A stretch of 64,000 nucleotides of DNA from Elusimicrobiota bacterium (GTDB taxonomy: Bacteria > Elusimicrobiota > Elusimicrobia > UBA1565 > UBA9628), in assembly GCA_030696455.1 (NCBI GenBank), contig JAUYSH010000023.1, positions 3,492-67,491 on the forward strand. The letters are read 5' to 3'. The translations under genes and the position numbers were made by a program. A model generated the notes under the pieces. The model did not search any database, was not told the origin of the DNA, and saw only the letters and a list, made by a program, of their open reading frames with translations. Positions 49,969-62,835 of this stretch are shown here, piece by piece (the first letter of the stretch is position 1; each line of letters opens with the position of its first letter).

Positions 49969-51174
49969 TTATGACGCGAGCGCGACCAGGCCCGGCAGGG
50001 CCTTGCCCTCGAGCAATTCCAAGGAAGCGCCGCCGCCGGTCGAGCAATGGCTCATCTTGCCCGCCATGCCGGTCTTCGCCAGCACCGACAGGCTGTCGCC
50101 GCCGCCGACGATCGTCGTCGCACCCTTGCCCGTGGCCTCGGCCATGGCCTTGGCGACGGCCTCGCTGCCCGCGGCGAACGCGGGCATCTCGAAGATGCCC
50201 ATCGGACCGTTCCAGAAGATCGTCTGAGCCTTGGCGATGTGCTCGGTGAAGAACTCGATCGTGTGCGGACCGATGTCCACGCCGATCATGTCGGAGGGGA
50301 TCGCCATCGCCTGGGTCACGGTCGTCGCCGCGTCGGCCGAGATCTCGCGGACGACGAGATGATCGGCCGGCAGGAGGATCTCGACCTTCTTGTTGTAGGC
50401 CTTCTCGATGATCGCCTTCGCGGCGTCGATCTGGTCCTTCTCGAGCAGCGATTTGCCGATGTTGATGCCCTGAGCGGCGAGGAAGGTGTAGGCCATAGCG
50501 CCCCCGATGAGCAGGGAGTCCACGCGCTCCAGGAGTTTGTCGAGGACGGCGAGCTTGTCGGAGACCTTGGCGCCGCCGATGATCGCGAGGAACGGGCGCT
50601 GCGGATTTCCGATCACGCGGTCGAGGAACTCGAGCTCGCGCTGGACGAGGAAGCCGATCGCGCCGGGCAGATGGGCGGTGACGCCGGACGTCGAGGCGTG
50701 GGCGCGGTGCAGGGCGCCGAAGGCGTCCTGGATGAAGAGCTCCCCGTTCTTGGCGAGAGCCTTGGCGAAGGCCGGCTCGTTGGCCTCCTCCTCGGCGTGA
50801 AACCGAAGGTTCTCCATGAGGAGAACGTCGCCGGGCTTCATCGCGGCCACGGCCTTCTCGGCGGCGGGCCCGACGCAGTCTTCGGCGAAGCCGACGGGCT
50901 TCTTGAGGAGCTTGCCGAGCTCCGCCGCGACGGGCTTCAGCGAATACTTGGGCTCGACCTTGCCCTTCGGGCGGCCGAGATGCGCGATCAAAACGACCTT
51001 CGCGCCTTCGGCGATCAGGTGCTCGAGGGTGCGCAGCGTCTCGCGGATGCGGGCGTTGTCCTCGATCTTGGCGCCCTTCATGGGCACGTTGTAGTCCACG
51101 CGGACCAGCACGCGCTTGCCCTTGACGGTCAGGTCCTGAAGGCGTTTGAGCTTGAGAGCCGGCTTATCGGTCAT
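49969..51174 (-). CDS. pgk: Phosphoglycerate kinase
   Basis: 401 aa. KRVLVRVDYNVP, IAHLGRPKG and STGGGASLELLEG. Confidence 0.95.
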   Translation of the reverse strand: MTDKPALKLKRLQDLTVKGKRVLVRVDYNVPMKGAKIEDNARIRETLRTLEHLIAEGAKVVLIAHLGRPKGKVEPKYSLKPVAAELGKLLKKPVGFAEDCVGPAAEKAVAAMKPGDVLLMENLRFHAEEEANEPAFAKALAKNGELFIQDAFGALHRAHASTSGVTAHLPGAIGFLVQRELEFLDRVIGNPQRPFLAIIGGAKVSDKLAVLDKLLERVDSLLIGGAMAYTFLAAQGINIGKSLLEKDQIDAAKAIIEKAYNKKVEILLPADHLVVREISADAATTVTQAMAIPSDMIGVDIGPHTIEFFTEHIAKAQTIFWNGPMGIFEMPAFAAGSEAVAKAMAEATGKGATTIVGGGDSLSVLAKTGMAGKMSHCSTGGGASLELLEGKALPGLVALAS

Positions 51175-51201
51175 TACAAAGTCTCCAGGGTGAGGACGCT
51201 T

Positions 51202-52116
51202 CTAGTAGATGTTCTTGCCCATCGCGGACGCGATGAGCTCGCTCGCGAGGACGGCGGTCGCGTTCTGCGTGTCCTCGAGCGGGTTGACCTCGACGAGATC
51301 GAGCCCGATCATGCGCTCGGAGTCGGCGCACAGCTCCATCAGCAGATGGGACTCGCGGTAGGTCAGGCCGCCGCGCTTGACCGTGCCGGTGCCGGGCGCG
51401 TTGCCCGGATCCACGGCGTCGATGTCGAAGCTCAGATGGAAGCCCGCGGTGCCGTCGCTGGCCATGTCGATGGCCTGCTCGGTCACGACGCCCATCCCGT
51501 AGCGGTCGATCTCCTGCATCGAGAAGACCCGGATGCCGGACTTGCGGATGTTGACGGCCTCCGCGCGGTCCACGTCGCGTATGCCGACGAGGACGACGTT
51601 GCGCGGGTCGATCTTCGGAGAGAAGCCTCCGAGGCGCGCGAAATCCTTGCTGCCCATGCCGAGCAGGTGCGCCAGCGGCATGCCGTGCACGTTGCCCGTC
51701 GGGGAGGAGTCCGGCGTGTTGATGTCCGCGTGAGCGTCCACCCAGATCAGGCCGACCTTGCGTCCCTTGTCCCGGAACGCGCGCGACACGCCCGACACCG
51801 AACCCACGGCCAGAGAGTGGTCGCCGCCCAAGGTGATGGGCACCGATCCATTCGCCACGGCCTCATAGGTCTGCTTCTCGAGCGCCTGGCAGACCTTGAG
51901 GATGGCCGCCCCGTTCTTGAGCTTGCCCTTCGCGGCGGGCGCGATCTTCGGCACGGCCAGGTCGCCGGCGTCGGTGACCTCGAGGCCCAAGGCCTCGAGG
52001 CCCTCGACGAGGTTGGCCCGCCGCACGGCGGCGGGGCCCCCCGAGGCGCCCTTTTTGGAGGCGCCGTAATCCAGGGGAACGCCGATGACCGTCGCGTGGC
52101 GCTTCTTGCTGCTCAC
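51202..52116 (-). CDS. rocF: Arginase (ureohydrolase family)
   Basis: 304 aa. GGDHSLAVG, WVDAHADINTP..SPTGNVHGMPLA and SFDIDAVDP. Confidence 0.8.
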   Translation of the reverse strand: MSSKKRHATVIGVPLDYGASKKGASGGPAAVRRANLVEGLEALGLEVTDAGDLAVPKIAPAAKGKLKNGAAILKVCQALEKQTYEAVANGSVPITLGGDHSLAVGSVSGVSRAFRDKGRKVGLIWVDAHADINTPDSSPTGNVHGMPLAHLLGMGSKDFARLGGFSPKIDPRNVVLVGIRDVDRAEAVNIRKSGIRVFSMQEIDRYGMGVVTEQAIDMASDGTAGFHLSFDIDAVDPGNAPGTGTVKRGGLTYRESHLLMELCADSERMIGLDLVEVNPLEDTQNATAVLASELIASAMGKNIY

Positions 52117-52120
52117 TGAT

Positions 52121-55896
<3,776 letters not shown>

Positions 55897-56123
55897 GACC
55901 CGCGCACCCGGTGGACGACGGAGCTCGCGAAGGACAGCAGCGAGGCGGCGCCCACCGCCGAGAAGAGGACGACCACCCACAGCATGATGAGCAGAGGTCC
56001 CAGGAAAAGACCCGCTCCGACCATCGCGACGAGGACCAGCCATCTCATGGGGATGATGATGGCACACGGCGCGTGGACTCCGCGCGACGGCCGCGTTAAT
56101 TTATTGCGACGTGTGTCGCGATC

Positions 56124-57878
56124 TCAGCCGCAGTTCTTGTTGCCGCAGGCGATGCAGTTGCGGCGGCTGTTGTCGCCCGGGATGCATCCCGTGGGCGGCG
56201 AGCTTCGCGGCGGAGGCGCGTAATAGGCGGGCGGCGTAAAGCGGGCCGCTTTGTCCTGCAGCCAGCGGTCGTTGACGGACGCCGCTTGGCCCGAGCGGAT
56301 CGTCTCGATGAGCTCGTAGAAGAGCTTCCTCGGACATTCACCTAAACCAACCGCGAGTCGCGCGGCGACTACGTCATCCCGATCCCGGCTGAAGGAGTCG
56401 GGTGATGACTGCCGCAGCGGTTGGCTTCCCAGAGAGGCACGGGAGGGCGAAGCGCATGCCGCCGCCGCGAGATCCGCCAATCTCGGGAATGTTGAATTGA
56501 ATGGGATCGTGGCCTGGATCGGCTGCGGTGACGGCGATGGCTGACGGGCGAGCTGTGGTTCCGGAGGAGGTTGGACGGCAAGCGCTACCGGGGTGGCGAG
56601 CCGTCGTATTTCTTCCGCGTCCGCCCCTCGTCGCAAATTCATGTAAACTCTTACCGAGCAATCGTCGAAGCCCCAGGGTATCGCGGTTGCTGTCAGTAGA
56701 TTCTTCTGATAGGGAACGGGAAGGGCGTCGAGTTCAGCCTGGGCCACGCTTCCCGGATTCGAGCAAGATCTGATTGCCATGTCGGCATACGTCATTTTCA
56801 GGCGTTCGTCGTGTTCTCGTTCGGCGATTTTAGCTTGCGCGCGCGCCTGCTCGACGATGCCGTGGGCTTCTTGCTGCGCCTCGGCAAGAGATTTGCCTCT
56901 GACCCGCATGATCTCGGCTTCAATATTAGAGACTTCGATGTTTCTTAGCTCAGACGCCGGGCCGTTTAGGTATTTTTTCTTCTTAAGCAGATCGTAATAC
57001 TCCGTGCGTGCGTGACCGGTAACTCCAGGAAGCCTCCCGACATTCACCCGGACCACAGGCTTCGACGTGCGCCCGTGGGCATGACAATTTGATTTCGTCG
57101 CCCTATTTGCGCATAGGGAGTCCCACTTCGCCTTGAAATCGACCTTGGCCGCCGCCCTCAACGCCAATTGCATTCCCGCGTCAAGCACCACGGCGTCATT
57201 GTCGGCGCGCGCCCAAATGACCTCTGTCCCCGTTCTCGCGGCCAACATGTCCCATTTACTTCGATCGTTGTCCGGAACCCCCACAACGATCAGTCTTTTG
57301 GGAGGTCGGATTTCACCGTTGAGGATCGCGGCATAGATCAATTCGGTTCCCCAGCTGTGGGCAACAAGCTCGTTGATTTCCGCGCCACGGTAGGGCGCCA
57401 GTTTTTCCCTTGCCCGATCCGTCATTTCGCCGGCTGCAGCCGCCGCGAATTCCTGGATGTCGAGAGATGCATCTCGAATTATCTCTCCGGTTTTTACCGG
57501 GGGAAACAGCTTCTTAAGCACCTCATTAATCGGCCCGCCTAGGAGACCTCGCAACCCCGATTCTCTGACGGAGAATGATGGCTTTATGTATTTTTCGAAG
57601 AGGAACTCATCGTATTCCGCCGTATCGTCGCTGGACATTACGCCAGTGACCTCAACGCGAGCGTAGGTGAAGACCTCACCCTTTTTTGCCAGATTGTCCA
57701 GAGCATCTTGCTCATAATGAGCATTCTTGCGACGCAGCACTTCGAGCGTCGTGCGGCGAACTTCCGGGTCGAGTTCATACATCTCGGAAGCCAATTCCGC
57801 GTGAGGGTCGCCGGATGGGGCCGCGCGGAGACCATCCGCAGGAATCAAGCAGAGCGCGACAATCAGGATTCGTTTCAT
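56124..57878 (-). CDS. Secreted hypothetical protein with a putative serine-hydrolase elbow and Cys-rich tail (AT-rich island gene 2)
   Basis: 584 aa. Signal peptide MKRILIVALCLIPADGLRA. VAHSWGTE (about 57345-57374) resembles a GxSxG-type nucleophile elbow. A coiled-coil-like EAQQEAHGIVEQARAQAKIAERE follows. The C-terminus reads GCIPGDNSRRNCIACGNKNCG. Confidence 0.6.
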   Translation of the reverse strand: MKRILIVALCLIPADGLRAAPSGDPHAELASEMYELDPEVRRTTLEVLRRKNAHYEQDALDNLAKKGEVFTYARVEVTGVMSSDDTAEYDEFLFEKYIKPSFSVRESGLRGLLGGPINEVLKKLFPPVKTGEIIRDASLDIQEFAAAAAGEMTDRAREKLAPYRGAEINELVAHSWGTELIYAAILNGEIRPPKRLIVVGVPDNDRSKWDMLAARTGTEVIWARADNDAVVLDAGMQLALRAAAKVDFKAKWDSLCANRATKSNCHAHGRTSKPVVRVNVGRLPGVTGHARTEYYDLLKKKKYLNGPASELRNIEVSNIEAEIMRVRGKSLAEAQQEAHGIVEQARAQAKIAEREHDERLKMTYADMAIRSCSNPGSVAQAELDALPVPYQKNLLTATAIPWGFDDCSVRVYMNLRRGADAEEIRRLATPVALAVQPPPEPQLARQPSPSPQPIQATIPFNSTFPRLADLAAAACASPSRASLGSQPLRQSSPDSFSRDRDDVVAARLAVGLGECPRKLFYELIETIRSGQAASVNDRWLQDKAARFTPPAYYAPPPRSSPPTGCIPGDNSRRNCIACGNKNCG

Positions 57879-59116
57879 GCTCGCACCTTGTTCTGCAGAG
57901 CCGGGCCAGAGGCCAGATTCGATACCACCCCGGACGCCAGTCCCAAAACATAAAGATAGAGCGTCGCCTCGTACGCCATCTCGCCGGCAGGAATGGATCC
58001 ATCAGCGCGGATGCCGCGAATCAGGTCCAGCGCAAAAATCGCCGCCAGAACAAGAGTCCAGAGAAGGACACGCCTTGGTCGGGCGTTGCCGAAGCGCATG
58101 GCCGTCATCCAACTGACCCAGGGAATCGACAAGATTGGTATCAACTCCGCGGCTGATGAATTTCTCCAGATCACTCCGAACTGGACTGGGATATAAACAG
58201 AAAGATAGCCTGCTAAGGCCGCGAACGAAGTGATGCTGAGAAGGCTTCGGCCGAATAGCCGAGCGCGCCGCGCGCCATTCGAAGCCCCCGGCCAGAAGGC
58301 CAGGATCATCATTGAGGCGGTTAAGAAAGCCGCCGTGGCGCCGAGGCGGAATTGCTTGAAATTGGCCAGGAGGCCCTCAGAGGGCGCCGATTCGGGTTTG
58401 AACCAGAATCCCGCGACAGTTTTCTCTTGGACGGATAAAAGATGCTTTCGCAAAGACTCCGAGGCACGCTCCGTCGCGAGTTCGTAGTCGGAGGCGCGCA
58501 CGTTCCCTTGACCATCATCGCCTGCGGACCCGTCGCCAACCGTCAGAATATAGAATTCACCGGGCGATTCAGAGTAAGTCTGGAAGATCCGGTAAGGACT
58601 TGCGATTTCGACGTAAAACGTTCCTTGCGGCCAAGCGAATCGGTTTTTCTCTTCCACGATCTTGAATTGAAAACCGTTTCGCGTGAGTTCAGCCGACTTT
58701 GCTAGACGCATCTCTTCGAGACTTCCCAGGCCGCCCGGAACTGATTTCGGGATGACGACCAGTTCCATTAGCTCAAGCCGCGAAAAATCTTTTAGTTTAA
58801 AATCCGCGGGTTTAGGCTGAAACGGAACACGGCTTTGATCATCCCTAAACTTACGATGGAAGTACACCGCCTCCGCTTGCCCTCGCGACTCGACGAACGC
58901 CGTCCAGTAATATGGAATTTCGATGGTCTCGCCATACTTGCCTACGAACAATGAGATTTCCCCGAAGCCTCGAGGATGAGGAACCCCGACAACCTGGCCT
59001 GCTCGTGTTGAAGAGCCATCGACCGTAGTAGATGTCGGGAACTGAATCTCCCCCGCCGAAACACGCGAAGAAACGAGCGCGAGGCCCATCATCAGGATCA
59101 CAAAGCAGCGGTTCAT
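57875..59116 (-). CDS. Hypothetical membrane protein: signal peptide, ~230-aa exported domain, 4-5 TM helices (AT-rich island gene 1)
   Basis: 413 aa. GGAG Shine-Dalgarno before ATG 59116. ATGA overlap with the downstream gene. No family recognised. Confidence 0.6.
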   Translation of the reverse strand: MNRCFVILMMGLALVSSRVSAGEIQFPTSTTVDGSSTRAGQVVGVPHPRGFGEISLFVGKYGETIEIPYYWTAFVESRGQAEAVYFHRKFRDDQSRVPFQPKPADFKLKDFSRLELMELVVIPKSVPGGLGSLEEMRLAKSAELTRNGFQFKIVEEKNRFAWPQGTFYVEIASPYRIFQTYSESPGEFYILTVGDGSAGDDGQGNVRASDYELATERASESLRKHLLSVQEKTVAGFWFKPESAPSEGLLANFKQFRLGATAAFLTASMMILAFWPGASNGARRARLFGRSLLSITSFAALAGYLSVYIPVQFGVIWRNSSAAELIPILSIPWVSWMTAMRFGNARPRRVLLWTLVLAAIFALDLIRGIRADGSIPAGEMAYEATLYLYVLGLASGVVSNLASGPALQNKVRA

Positions 59117-59132
59117 GGTTCTCCAGACGGCG

Positions 59133-59166
59133 AAAAAAAAGAAGAAGCGAGTGCTTCGCTTCTTCT
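59133..59166 (-). terminator. Strong intrinsic terminator 16 nt upstream of the island start codon
   Basis: Minus strand reads agaagaagcga-agcac-tcgcttcttct followed by T8. Confidence 0.75.
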
Positions 59167-59354
59167 GGACTCATCCGGTTAAGGCCGGATCGTGGATACC
59201 CCGGGGCCGATCCCCCGAGCTACAGAGATTACTGAACCAAGGATACCCTAAGGCCGCACCCGCGACGAGGGTCATTCGCTCCAGGCCGGGGAAGGCCTAA
59301 CGGCCCACGTCCGCCAAATAAAAAGCGGGCCCGCTATCTCTCCGGCTCGACGGC

Positions 59355-60279
59355 TCAGCGGTTGAGCAGGACGATCTCGGTGCGCTGATCCGAGAACGGC
59401 GCCCGCGTCGCGTCCACGCCGATGTGGCGCGTGGCGACCATCAGCTCGCGCAGCAGCACGTCGAGGATCGCCTTGGCCTGCGCGTCGCCGAGCTCCTTGG
59501 TGTTGGCGAACACGCGCACCGAGATCGGGATGCCCGAGTACTTGCGCTTGATGAGGTCCGCGGCCGAGCGCAGCAGATCCGCGCCCCCCGGCGCCTGGAC
59601 CTCGGCGGCGCTCTTGCTCGTGCCGAACAAAGCGGCGGAGTCGAGGCTCAGGTGCAGGCCGGTGTCCTCCTGATGGACGATGCCCTTGAACATCAGAGGC
59701 TTGCCCACCGTCGTGCGCGGCGAGCCGTCGGGGCTCGTGAAGGTGTAGACGGCGGAGTACGACCGGCCCGCCCGCACCCACTCGCCCTGCTCGTTCTGCC
59801 CGGTCCACAGCAGTTCCTCGGGCGGGTTGCCCGAGCCCGAGTAGTTGTGGAACACGCGGCCTTCCTCGTCGGCGATGGTGAGGCTCCAGCCCCACTTGCG
59901 GCCTTCCTTGGCGTCGAGCTTGCCGCCGAGCAGGGACTCGAGCTGGTCTTTGATCTTGAAGCCGATGCCGGAGCGCTGGCTGAAGGTCGTGCGCCACGGC
60001 TGGATGACGCGGTCGTTCATCAAGGTCTCGGGATGGGTGCGGCGCCACGAGACGGTCAGAGGAGACACCGCGAGCAGCAGGTTCTCATCCGGCGCCAGCG
60101 ACGGGCGGATCGTCTCGAAGGGGTCCACCTCGATCTTGAGCGGAGGCTTCTGATCGTTGAGCTTGGACCCCGCACCCTCGGCCTTGATGACGACCTCGGC
60201 GGGCATGCCCCCCGACGGCGCGGCGGGAGCCTGAGCCGAGGCGTTGAGAGCTGACGTCAGGACGATGGCGATGAGTTTC
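59355..60279 (-). CDS. Periplasmic protein with a degenerate OmpA/Pal-like C-terminus
   Basis: Start trimmed to ATG 60279 (MKLIAIVLTSALNASA). The C-terminal ...DQRTEIVLLNR resembles the NRRVEI end of OmpA-like domains. It is the last gene of the Tol/Ton-like cluster. Confidence 0.55.
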
Positions 60280-60283
60280 ATGG

Positions 60284-61348
60284 TCACTCCAGGATGAAGC
60301 GGAAGGTGATGACGCCCCATTGCGCGCCGGAGCCCGGCGCGGGGACGAAGGTCCAGTTGCGAAGGCTGTCCATGCAGAGGCGGTCGAGGCGGCCGTAACC
60401 CGAGGTGCGCTCGACGCGCATGCCCGGCATCACGGAGCCCTCGGCGTCGACGTTGAAGCGGATGGCGACCTCGGCCTCCATCATGCCCTGCGTGCGCGCC
60501 CACTCGGGGAACTTGGGGATGTCGGCGGAGACGACCTTGCGGTCCTTGAGCGGGCCCTCGATCTCCACTCCCTTCTTGGGCCCCCCCTCGGTCGCGGCCG
60601 CGGCCTGGCGGCGCTCGAGCTTCGGGGCGGCCGGGGCGATGCTCTCAACCTTGGGCGCAAATGCGGCCTCAGCGCGCGGCCGCAGCACAAGTTGGTCGGG
60701 CAGGACGGACAGCCCCTTGCGGGCCGCGGACGGGGCGGGCGCCTCGGGCTCGGCGAGGACGGCGGCGGCCGCCGCGGCCTGGCGGCGGCTCGTCGGGCGC
60801 GGCGCGTCGAGGGCGCCGCCGAGTATGGCCGTCGCCTCGCGGCGCCGGTCCTCGAGGGCGAGGGCCTCGGGCAGGTTCTTGACCCGGCGGCGCCCGACCT
60901 CCTCGAGCTTGGGCAGGGCGGCCAAGGTCTCCGCGGCGCGGCGGCGGCTGACCGGCTCGGCGTCGAGCTTGGCGGCCGAGACGCGTGAGCGGGAGAGGTC
61001 GAGCGCGTCGAGCTTGGGCGACAGGCGGCGAGTGCTCTCCTCGAGCTTCGGAGCGTCGGCGAGCAGCGGCCGGCGGCTCTCCGGGAGCTTGACGTCCACG
61101 GCGGCGAGCTCGGCGCGGCGCGGGGGCGCCGCGGGCAGGGCCATCTTGAGGAAGTCCATCGTCGAGAGCGCCGGCTTCGCGAGGGGCGCGGGACGCGGCG
61201 CGGCCGGGGCGATGAGAAGGTCCACGCCGTCGATGATCTGCGCCGCCTGCTTAGGGCCTTCCTTGACGAAGCCGAGGAAGAGCATCAGGAAGGCCGCGTG
61301 GGCCGCGAGCGAGAGCATCACCGACGCGGGGACTCTCTGGGTCATCAC
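60284..61348 (-). CDS. tonB: TonB-family energy transducer
   Basis: 354 aa. N-terminal anchor, a long Ala/Pro/Arg-rich spacer, and the TonB C-terminal fold block PKFPEWARTQGMMEAEVAIRFNVDAEGSV...SGYGRLD. Confidence 0.8.
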   Translation of the reverse strand: MMTQRVPASVMLSLAAHAAFLMLFLGFVKEGPKQAAQIIDGVDLLIAPAAPRPAPLAKPALSTMDFLKMALPAAPPRRAELAAVDVKLPESRRPLLADAPKLEESTRRLSPKLDALDLSRSRVSAAKLDAEPVSRRRAAETLAALPKLEEVGRRRVKNLPEALALEDRRREATAILGGALDAPRPTSRRQAAAAAAVLAEPEAPAPSAARKGLSVLPDQLVLRPRAEAAFAPKVESIAPAAPKLERRQAAAATEGGPKKGVEIEGPLKDRKVVSADIPKFPEWARTQGMMEAEVAIRFNVDAEGSVMPGMRVERTSGYGRLDRLCMDSLRNWTFVPAPGSGAQWGVITFRFILE

Positions 61349-61364
61349 GTTTTGGACACCGCAC

Positions 61365-61775
61365 TCATTTAGGCTGTTCCGTCGCGATCGTCAGGGATTG
61401 GGCGCCGGCGTCCTTGGCGCGCGACATCAGGTCGGTGAGCTGGCCGTGCAGCGCGTCCTTGTCGGCGCGAAGGATGACCACCTTGGACTCCTTCTGGGCG
61501 AGCGCCTCCCGGAGGGCGTCGCCGAGCAGCTTCGGGTCGGTGAACTTGCGGGTGTCGATGGCGTACTCGCCGTCCTTGGAGAGGGTGATCGTGAGCTTGT
61601 CGGCCTCCTCGCCCTCCCGGGTGTTGGCGACGGGCAGGTCGATCTTGATCGGGGGCTCGGAGAACATCGGCGCGGTCACCATGAAGATGATGACGAGCAC
61701 GAGGCACACGTCCACGAGGGGCGTGATGTTGATGTCCGTGATCGGATCGTCCGACTCGATGGCGGACCCGGCCAT
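61365..61775 (-). CDS. exbD: ExbD/TolR-family biopolymer transport protein (copy 2)
   Basis: Start at ATG 61775 (MAGSAIESDDPITDINITPLVDVCLVLVIIFM). TGATG overlap with copy 1. The longer track ORF (to 62132) is an out-of-gene extension. Confidence 0.85.
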   Translation of the reverse strand: MAGSAIESDDPITDINITPLVDVCLVLVIIFMVTAPMFSEPPIKIDLPVANTREGEEADKLTITLSKDGEYAIDTRKFTDPKLLGDALREALAQKESKVVILRADKDALHGQLTDLMSRAKDAGAQSLTIATEQPK

Positions 61776-62200
61776 CAACCCCCTCCTCCTTCGGAGTCGG
61801 GTTTCATAACGGCGAGCTTGAGCGCACCCGCCTGCTTGGAGGCGTCGAGCACCTCGACGACGAGGCCGACCTTGTTCGTCGCGTCGGCGGTCACGATCAC
61901 CATCTTGTCCTTGCTCGAGACGAGGGCCGTGGAGAGCACGCCCCGGAAGGTGACGCCGTCCGTGCGCGTGCCGTTGACGGTGATGGCGCCGTCGTGCGTG
62001 ATGCGGATATTGACGTTCTCGTCGACGGAGGCCTTGCCCTCGGCGTTGGAGCGCCGCGTCTCGAGCACCTTGATGCCGAGCGTGACGGCCATCGGGGCCA
62101 CGGCCATGAAGATGATGACCAGCACGAGGCACACGTCGACCAACGGGGTGACGTTGATCGCGGTGATGGGTTCTTCGTCTTTTTGCTGGGGGCCGGCCAT
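61775..62200 (-). CDS. exbD: ExbD/TolR-family biopolymer transport protein (copy 1)
   Basis: 141 aa. EEPITAINVTPLVDVCLVLVIIFM. Confidence 0.85.
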   Translation of the reverse strand: MAGPQQKDEEPITAINVTPLVDVCLVLVIIFMAVAPMAVTLGIKVLETRRSNAEGKASVDENVNIRITHDGAITVNGTRTDGVTFRGVLSTALVSSKDKMVIVTADATNKVGLVVEVLDASKQAGALKLAVMKPDSEGGGG

Positions 62201-62210
62201 GCGGGTTACC

Positions 62211-62825
62211 TTATTTCGCTCCGAGCATCACGAGCAGGCGCGCGGAGGCGATCTCCATGTCGACGGTGATGACCTTGAGGCGCCTCATAAAGTAATTGTA
62301 GAGGATGGTCGCCGGGATGGCGACGAGCATGCCCGCGGCCGTGGCCACGAGCGCCTCGGCGATGCCCTTGGCGACGACCGCCGGGCCGCCGGTGCCCGAC
62401 ATCGCGAGGTCGCGGAAGGCCTTGATGATGCCGACGACGGTGCCGAACAGGCCGATGAAGGGCGAGACGTTGCCGAGCGTGCCGAGCACGCCGAGGAATC
62501 GCTCGAGCTTGACGCGCTCTTCCTTGAGCTTGGTCAGCATCAGCTCCTCGAGGTCCTTGCGCGAACGGGACGCGTGCAGGAGCCCGTAGTGGACGACCTG
62601 CGCGACCGCGGAGGGGTGCTTGGCGCAGTAGGCCGCGGCGGCGTCGGTCTTGCCCCCCTCGAGGCTCTTGCGGACGTGGCCCAGGACTTCGTCGGGGCTC
62701 GCCTGCGACGTGCGGAAGTACCACCAGCGCTCGACCGCGAAGGTGACGGATAGGACCGAGCAGAAAAACAGGATGATGAGGGTGAAGCTCTCGCGGAACA
62801 TCTCCAGAAAGTGGATCTCGCCCAT
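62211..62825 (-). CDS. MotA/TolQ/ExbB proton-channel protein
   Basis: Start trimmed to ATG 62825 (MGEIHFLEMF). Signature LGTLGNVSPFIGLFGTVVGIIKAF and AEALVATAAGMLVAIPA. Confidence 0.85.
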   Translation of the reverse strand: MGEIHFLEMFRESFTLIILFFCSVLSVTFAVERWWYFRTSQASPDEVLGHVRKSLEGGKTDAAAAYCAKHPSAVAQVVHYGLLHASRSRKDLEELMLTKLKEERVKLERFLGVLGTLGNVSPFIGLFGTVVGIIKAFRDLAMSGTGGPAVVAKGIAEALVATAAGMLVAIPATILYNYFMRRLKVITVDMEIASARLLVMLGAK

Positions 62826-62835
62826 CGTATTTCTC

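Noticed and set aside
59167-59320. SRP (4.5S) RNA, 6S RNA or a known riboswitch class
   Set aside because: By eye there is no GGAAGCAGCC-type SRP motif and no match to the conserved cores of the riboswitch classes I can recall. It is reported only as an unclassified structured leader.
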